DNA of 64,000 nt from Thermodesulfobacteriota bacterium (GTDB lineage: Bacteria; Desulfobacterota; Desulfarculia; JACQYL01): assembly GCA_963675595.2 (NCBI GenBank), contig CAXXLZ010000002.1, forward strand, positions 4,192,001-4,256,000, written 5' to 3'. The position numbers and the translations under genes are program-made. Of the stretch, positions 61,601-64,000 are shown one piece after another (positions within the stretch are counted from its first letter, which is position 1; each line of letters starts with the position of its first letter). Below the pieces are notes generated by a model. It did not search any database. It worked only from the letters and a program-made list of their open reading frames with translations, and was not told the origin of the DNA.

Positions 61601-63175
61601 CGTAAACGGTGGGAAGATCAGTTGCGCCTTCACTCCCTGGTCCTGAGCCAGATTCGAGACCAAGTCACTGTCACCGATCTTCACGGCGTCATCACCTATG
61701 TAAATGAGTCGGTATCCGAAACTTTGGGCTTCAGGGCCGAAGACTTGATTGGGAAGTCAGTGGAATTCTTTGGGCAAGATGCAGGCCGAGGCGCCTCTCA
61801 AGGGGAGATCATCGAAAGAACGCTCCGGGACGGCTACTGGCGCTGTGAAGTGGTGAATTTCGCCGACGACGGCAGCGAAAGGATCATGGATTGCCGGACC
61901 CAGGTTGTTATGGACGGGCTCGGAAGAGCCGTCGCTCTATGCGGTATCGCTACCGATGTCACCGAGCGAAAACAGGCGGAAGAGGAGAAAGCCAAACTTG
62001 AGGCCCAGCTCCGCCAAGCCCAGAAAATGGAGGCTATCGGGACCTTGGCCGGAGGCGTGGCCCACGACTTCAACAACATGTTGGGCGTCATCCTGGGCCA
62101 TACGGAACTGGCATTGGATGAGACGGGTCCTGAGGAAGCGATTTTTTCTGATTTACTTGAAATTCAAAAGGCCGCCCAGCGTTCCTCCGACCTCACACGT
62201 CAACTCCTGGCTTTCGCCAGAAAACAGACCATCAGTCCGAAAGTGCTCGATTTGAATAGCACGGTGGAGGGGATGCTCAGGATGTTGAGGCGCCTCATAG
62301 GTGAAGACATCGAATTGGCCTGGCTGCCTGGAAGCCGTCTATGGAAGCTCAAGATGGATCCTTCCCAGGTGGATCAAATTCTGGCCAATCTGTGTGTCAA
62401 TGCGAGGGACGCCGTTTCCGATTCCGGCCGGGTCACCATTGAGACCATGAACGTTACGTTGAACGAGGCGCAATGTGCGGAGCGGGAAGGTTTCTTGCCC
62501 GGCGAGTACGTCCTTTTGGCCGTAAGCGATAACGGATGCGGCATGGACCGAAAGACCCTGACCCATCTGTTCGAACCCTTTTTCACCACCAAAGGGGTCG
62601 GCCGGGGCACGGGTCTTGGATTGGCCACAATCTACGGTATCGTCAAACAGAACGGAGGATTCATCGACGTCGAAAGCGAGCCGGGCGAAGGAACGAAATT
62701 CTCCATTTATTTGCCGAGGCACAGGTCCCAGGGGGAAGCCGACTCCCATGGAAAGGCCGAGACTCCGGCGGAGCGCGGCAACGAAACCATTCTATTGGTA
62801 GAGGACGAGGAAGCCATGCTGAACATGGCGAAGGCCATGCTGAAAAGGCTGGGATACCGCGTTTTCGCTTGCAGGGCGCCCGTGGAGGCGGAACGATTGC
62901 TTCAAGAGCATGCGGACGACATCCATTTGCTTATGACCGATGTGATCATGCCGGAGATGAACGGCAGGGAGCTCGCGGAACGGCTGATATCTCGATATCC
63001 GAGCCTCCGATGCCTTTTCACGTCCGGGTACACAGCGGACGTCATTGGTCACCACGGAGTGCTTAACCAAAAGGTGCACTTCATAAGGAAGCCGTTTTCC
63101 AAAAAGGACTTGGCGGGCAAGGTACGGGAAGCCCTGTCGGGGCTCCCGCCTCGCACGAGCCGGGCCGACGAATAA
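58673..63175 (+). CDS. Multi-PAS/GAF hybrid histidine kinase
   Basis: ELRVYQAELEMQNEEL coil, many PAS, GAF, AGGVAHDFNN, FEPFFTTK, REC; ATG at 58673 after GGAG. Confidence 0.93.
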   Translation: MKDQKGHEVTILNNSKQGRFDDANGCSTETGGQDSNRLMEELRVYQAELEMQNEELRGSQESLARSRDRFYSLFHRAPVGYVAIDASGMIQEANETFLRMAGASRETAKGRYFHSFLQESHASVFRGRFKALLKKPSGKVMELRLSTQANPAWVRTEASDAQVMDHPPDDEPPVLLLTLSDITEEKLAEEARREEQRRLNFVIEGSRLGTWEWNLQTNETVFNEIWAEIIGYTLDELTPYNLETWERLTHPEDLARAQQALTKCIAGETPDYECELRMRHKDGHWVWILDRGRVMTWDAHGKPLLMFGTHSDITPRKLMQEDRERLLERVTQEKRVQESLFEASKTVLEGGDFASTARRIFDAARILTGAQSGYVALLSDDGEENELLFLESGGLPCLVDPDLPMPIRGLRAEAYKTGSVVLDNDFMNSEWASFMPPGHVDLGNVMFAPLNVEGKTVGIMGLANKPGDFSEDDVIVARAFGQLAAIALQKNRNLEALRDSEQRFRSFVENANDIVYALSPEGLFTYLSPNWIDFVGEPAEAALGGSFEPYVHPEDVHLCREFLQKVLSSGEKQSGVVYRVQRRDGSWRWHFSNGSPLLDFQGRITGYLGIARDITEIRQAEETIKERERFLRAVLETTADGFFAVDSQGRITEANNVYCNMTGYRDEEIVGRSMNDIDANESPEETGSHMRRVVIKGSEVFEARHRRKNGTEFPVEISTTFVPTHGGRFVCFCRDLTERKENERILKRHSHLLENSPNAVYVSDERGRIIYANNAAACQTGIPRSEMLNKNVWDIDASLQESEYVQFLTRISRDTPMRLKTTHRRADGSLFPVEISISKLEQEGSSLLCAIAVDITEREAQEASLRRTQFTVDHAPIGVFWVSQEGSIIYANNKAAESLGYKKEELSGIGFECIDSNFSTESSESPWKLCEGEALVEFESIHRRKDGTVFPVHVHSHRISFMGEEMQVLEVVDIAERKRWEDQLRLHSLVLSQIRDQVTVTDLHGVITYVNESVSETLGFRAEDLIGKSVEFFGQDAGRGASQGEIIERTLRDGYWRCEVVNFADDGSERIMDCRTQVVMDGLGRAVALCGIATDVTERKQAEEEKAKLEAQLRQAQKMEAIGTLAGGVAHDFNNMLGVILGHTELALDETGPEEAIFSDLLEIQKAAQRSSDLTRQLLAFARKQTISPKVLDLNSTVEGMLRMLRRLIGEDIELAWLPGSRLWKLKMDPSQVDQILANLCVNARDAVSDSGRVTIETMNVTLNEAQCAEREGFLPGEYVLLAVSDNGCGMDRKTLTHLFEPFFTTKGVGRGTGLGLATIYGIVKQNGGFIDVESEPGEGTKFSIYLPRHRSQGEADSHGKAETPAERGNETILLVEDEEAMLNMAKAMLKRLGYRVFACRAPVEAERLLQEHADDIHLLMTDVIMPEMNGRELAERLISRYPSLRCLFTSGYTADVIGHHGVLNQKVHFIRKPFSKKDLAGKVREALSGLPPRTSRADE

Positions 63176-63324
63176 CGATGGTACTGCGATTCCGAATCGC
63201 CCAAAGTGATTTACTAAGCTTTTAACCCGCCACCGAGCATGCTCATAACCGAGGCGCATGACCTGGGAGGCGATCATAGTCCCGTCCGTTGTTGCGTCGT
63301 GCGTCTTTAGTTGAGGTTCACAGC

Positions 63325-64000
63325 ATGAAGGAAACCAAACCGGAACCAGGAAAGCCTTCAAATTCTGAACGGATCAATATGGGGGATACGACCATCTCGG
63401 GAGCAGACCGGCGGCTTTGGGATGACTCGGATGAGCGCCTCCACGAACTTCGCGTTTACCAGGCTGAACTGGAAATGCAAAACGAGGAGCTGCGCGCCGC
63501 CCAGGAAGCTCTTGCCGAGTCCCGCGACCGGTTTTCCGCCTTGTTTCACCAAGCCCCGGTAGGATACGTGGTGCTCGACGAGGTCGGTCTGATTCTGGAG
63601 GCCAACGAAACCTTCGCCCGTATGGTCCATTGTCCCATGGATGGGATAAGAGGGCGAGCCTTCGCCGCATTCCTGAAGGAAGACCACTCCAGGACCTTTC
63701 AATCCCGCTTCAGGGCCCTGTTTCGAAACCCCAAGGGCAAAAGCATGGAGGTGGAACTCCGTTCCGGAGAACGGTCACTTTCCGTGCAACTGGACGCCTC
63801 TTTCGCGGATTCCATCAAGGCACCGACTTCGAGCAAGGCTTCCGCCCTGCTCCTCACCGTGAGCGACATATCGGACCGCAAACGGGCCGAAGAGGAACGG
63901 CGCTATTCCCTTTCCCTGCTGGAGGCCGCCCTGGAGTCCACCGCCGATGGAATCCTTATCGTGGCCGCCGACGGAACGTGGTCCGGCTTCAATCAAAAAT
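63325..64000 (+). CDS. PAS sensor protein (probable kinase), runs off the window
   Basis: Manual translation from ATG 63325 (GAGGT RBS): ...LHELRVYQAELEMQNEELRAAQEALAESRDRFSALFHQAPVGY; paralogous to the N-terminus of the 58673 kinase. Confidence 0.85.
   Translation, partial: MKETKPEPGKPSNSERINMGDTTISGADRRLWDDSDERLHELRVYQAELEMQNEELRAAQEALAESRDRFSALFHQAPVGYVVLDEVGLILEANETFARMVHCPMDGIRGRAFAAFLKEDHSRTFQSRFRALFRNPKGKSMEVELRSGERSLSVQLDASFADSIKAPTSSKASALLLTVSDISDRKRAEEERRYSLSLLEAALESTADGILIVAADGTWSGFNQK

Larger units (their letters stand above)
37956..64000. mobile_element. Genomic island integrated at tRNA-Phe (right end not in window)
   Basis: Integrase and excisionase-like genes abut the tRNA 3' end; IS elements, patchy GC and accessory cargo follow; no attR seen. 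Confidence 0.6.

Noticed and set aside
37956-64000. attR duplicate of the tRNA-Phe 3' end; prophage call
   Set aside because: No repeat of the tRNA end seen by eye, and no phage structural or replication genes

Overview
GC-rich bacterial chromosome segment. The gene order ahbB-hemL-atpZ-atpI-atpB-atpE-rex and the repeat types point to an anaerobic Desulfobacterota (deltaproteobacterial) organism. Bases 1-37.9 kb are mostly core genes: ABC permeases, a hybrid kinase, HAD hydrolase, flavoprotein, birA, acyl-CoA ligase, moaC/moaB, an MFS transporter, F0 ATPase genes, heme genes and a NeuB fusion. Two loci there stand out. (i) An AT-rich solitary kinase-dCMP deaminase fusion (AvcD/dCTP-deaminase-type antiphage protein) sits behind about 0.5 kb of non-coding, partly structured DNA, a candidate AvcI-like RNA antitoxin. 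(ii) A sulfur-trafficking YeeE/YedE-TusA-DsrE/F/H-like cluster (YTD type) is led by a secreted TPR protein with a Pro-rich tether ending in DDEGC-COOH, a candidate periplasmic Cys swinging-arm sulfur carrier. From tRNA-Phe (37880-37955) to the window end lies an integrated island. Its tyrosine integrase is split by a complete 1550-bp IS with 13-bp IRs and an 8-bp TSD. Its cargo is almost all signal transduction: a truncated KaiC-like ATPase, CheB-CheR-PAS, an MCP, a REC protein, an XRE-HTH-fused multi-PAS hybrid kinase and two more PAS sensors. Several REP/MITE-like palindromes lie between genes. No CRISPR array or rRNA was seen. All calls come from reading motifs by eye; no database searches were run.
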